Assembly: GCF_963921235.1 (NCBI RefSeq)
Contig: NC_086097.1
Location: 150,166,001 to 150,230,000 of the forward strand
Length of the DNA stretch: 64,000 bases
Origin: Mobula hypostoma
Lineage: Eukaryota
Direction: 5' to 3'
Below are positions 63,400-64,000 of this stretch, in pieces. The position numbers and the translations under genes were made by a program. The first letter of the stretch is position 1; each line of letters begins with the position of its first letter. The notes under the pieces were generated by a model that saw nothing but the letters and a program-made list of their open reading frames with translations, did not search any database and was not told the origin of the DNA.

Positions 63400-64000
63400 G
63401 TGCAATGTGCAATTTATAAGCATTTATAATAAATAGTATGTATTTATTATACTATTATAATAAATAATAGTATATTAAATATAACAGTCAATATAACATA
63501 GAAATACAATTGTATCAGCGTGAATTAATCAGTCTGATGGCCCGGTGGAAGAAGCTTTCCCAGAGCTTGTTGGTTCTGGCTTTTATGCTGTGGTACCGTT
63601 TCCTGGATGGTAGCAGCTGGAGTAGATCGTGGTTGCAGTGACTCGGGTCCCCAGTGATCCTTCGAGCCTCTTTTACCCACCTATCTTTGTAAATGTCCAG
63701 AATAGTGGGAAGTTCACATCTACAGATGTGCTGGGCTGTCCGCACCACTCTCTGCAGAGTCCTGTGATTAAGGGAGGTACAGTTCCCATACCAGACAGTG
63801 ATGTAGCCAGTCAGGATGCTCTCAATTGTGTCCCTGTTTGAAAGTTCTTGGGATTTGGGGGCCCATACCAAACTTCTTCAACCATCCGAGGTTGAAGAGG
63901 AACTGTTGTGGTTTTTTTAACACACAATTTGTATGTACAGACCACGTGAGATCCTTGGTGATGTGTATACTGAGGAACTTAAAGCCATTCACTCTCTCAA
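63400..64000 (-). mobile_element. Rex1-type LINE 3' part (continues beyond the window)
   Basis: IESILTGYITVWYGNC..LQRVVRTAQHI..DPSH..LLPS..SFFHRAIRLIN. Confidence 0.88.

Noticed and set aside
24435..64000. kifc2 kinesin exons expected from human synteny
   Set aside because: No kinesin motor motifs were recognised in the ORF track or in the unique islands I translated.
1..64000. CRISPR array, rRNA or prokaryotic operon
   Set aside because: No regularly spaced direct repeats or rRNA-like sequence; the content is a vertebrate exon plus TEs.

Overview
Eukaryotic, repeat-dense vertebrate genomic DNA. The repeat mix (CR1/HER1-like LINEs, HE1/V-SINE-like SINEs, Penelope-like elements, Rex1/Babar, RTE, L1, Gypsy LTRs) suggests a cartilaginous fish, probably a batoid; this is an inference. 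One confident host gene is present: the large terminal coding exon of foxh1 (+, 23379-24434), with the end of the forkhead domain and EH1-like, FM and SIM motifs, followed by a 3' UTR with CPE-like elements and AATAAA signals. Its upstream exons are not visible, implying a >23 kb TE-filled intron. Most of the rest is decayed, nested transposable elements. The most notable signals are: (1) minimal type-I hammerhead ribozyme motifs in the termini of Penelope-like elements, several on the foxh1 sense strand; (2) recurring tail-out inverted Penelope insertions with 11-16 bp target-site duplications, from about 3 kb down to about 100 bp; (3) an old two-LTR Gypsy element with PNMA-like gag, protease and integrase but no RT/RNase H, whose 5' LTR carries an exon-like insert; (4) two phase-compatible candidate exons of an unidentified minus-strand gene near 54-56 kb. 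Repeat boundaries were read by eye and are approximate unless a TSD is quoted. No database search was possible.
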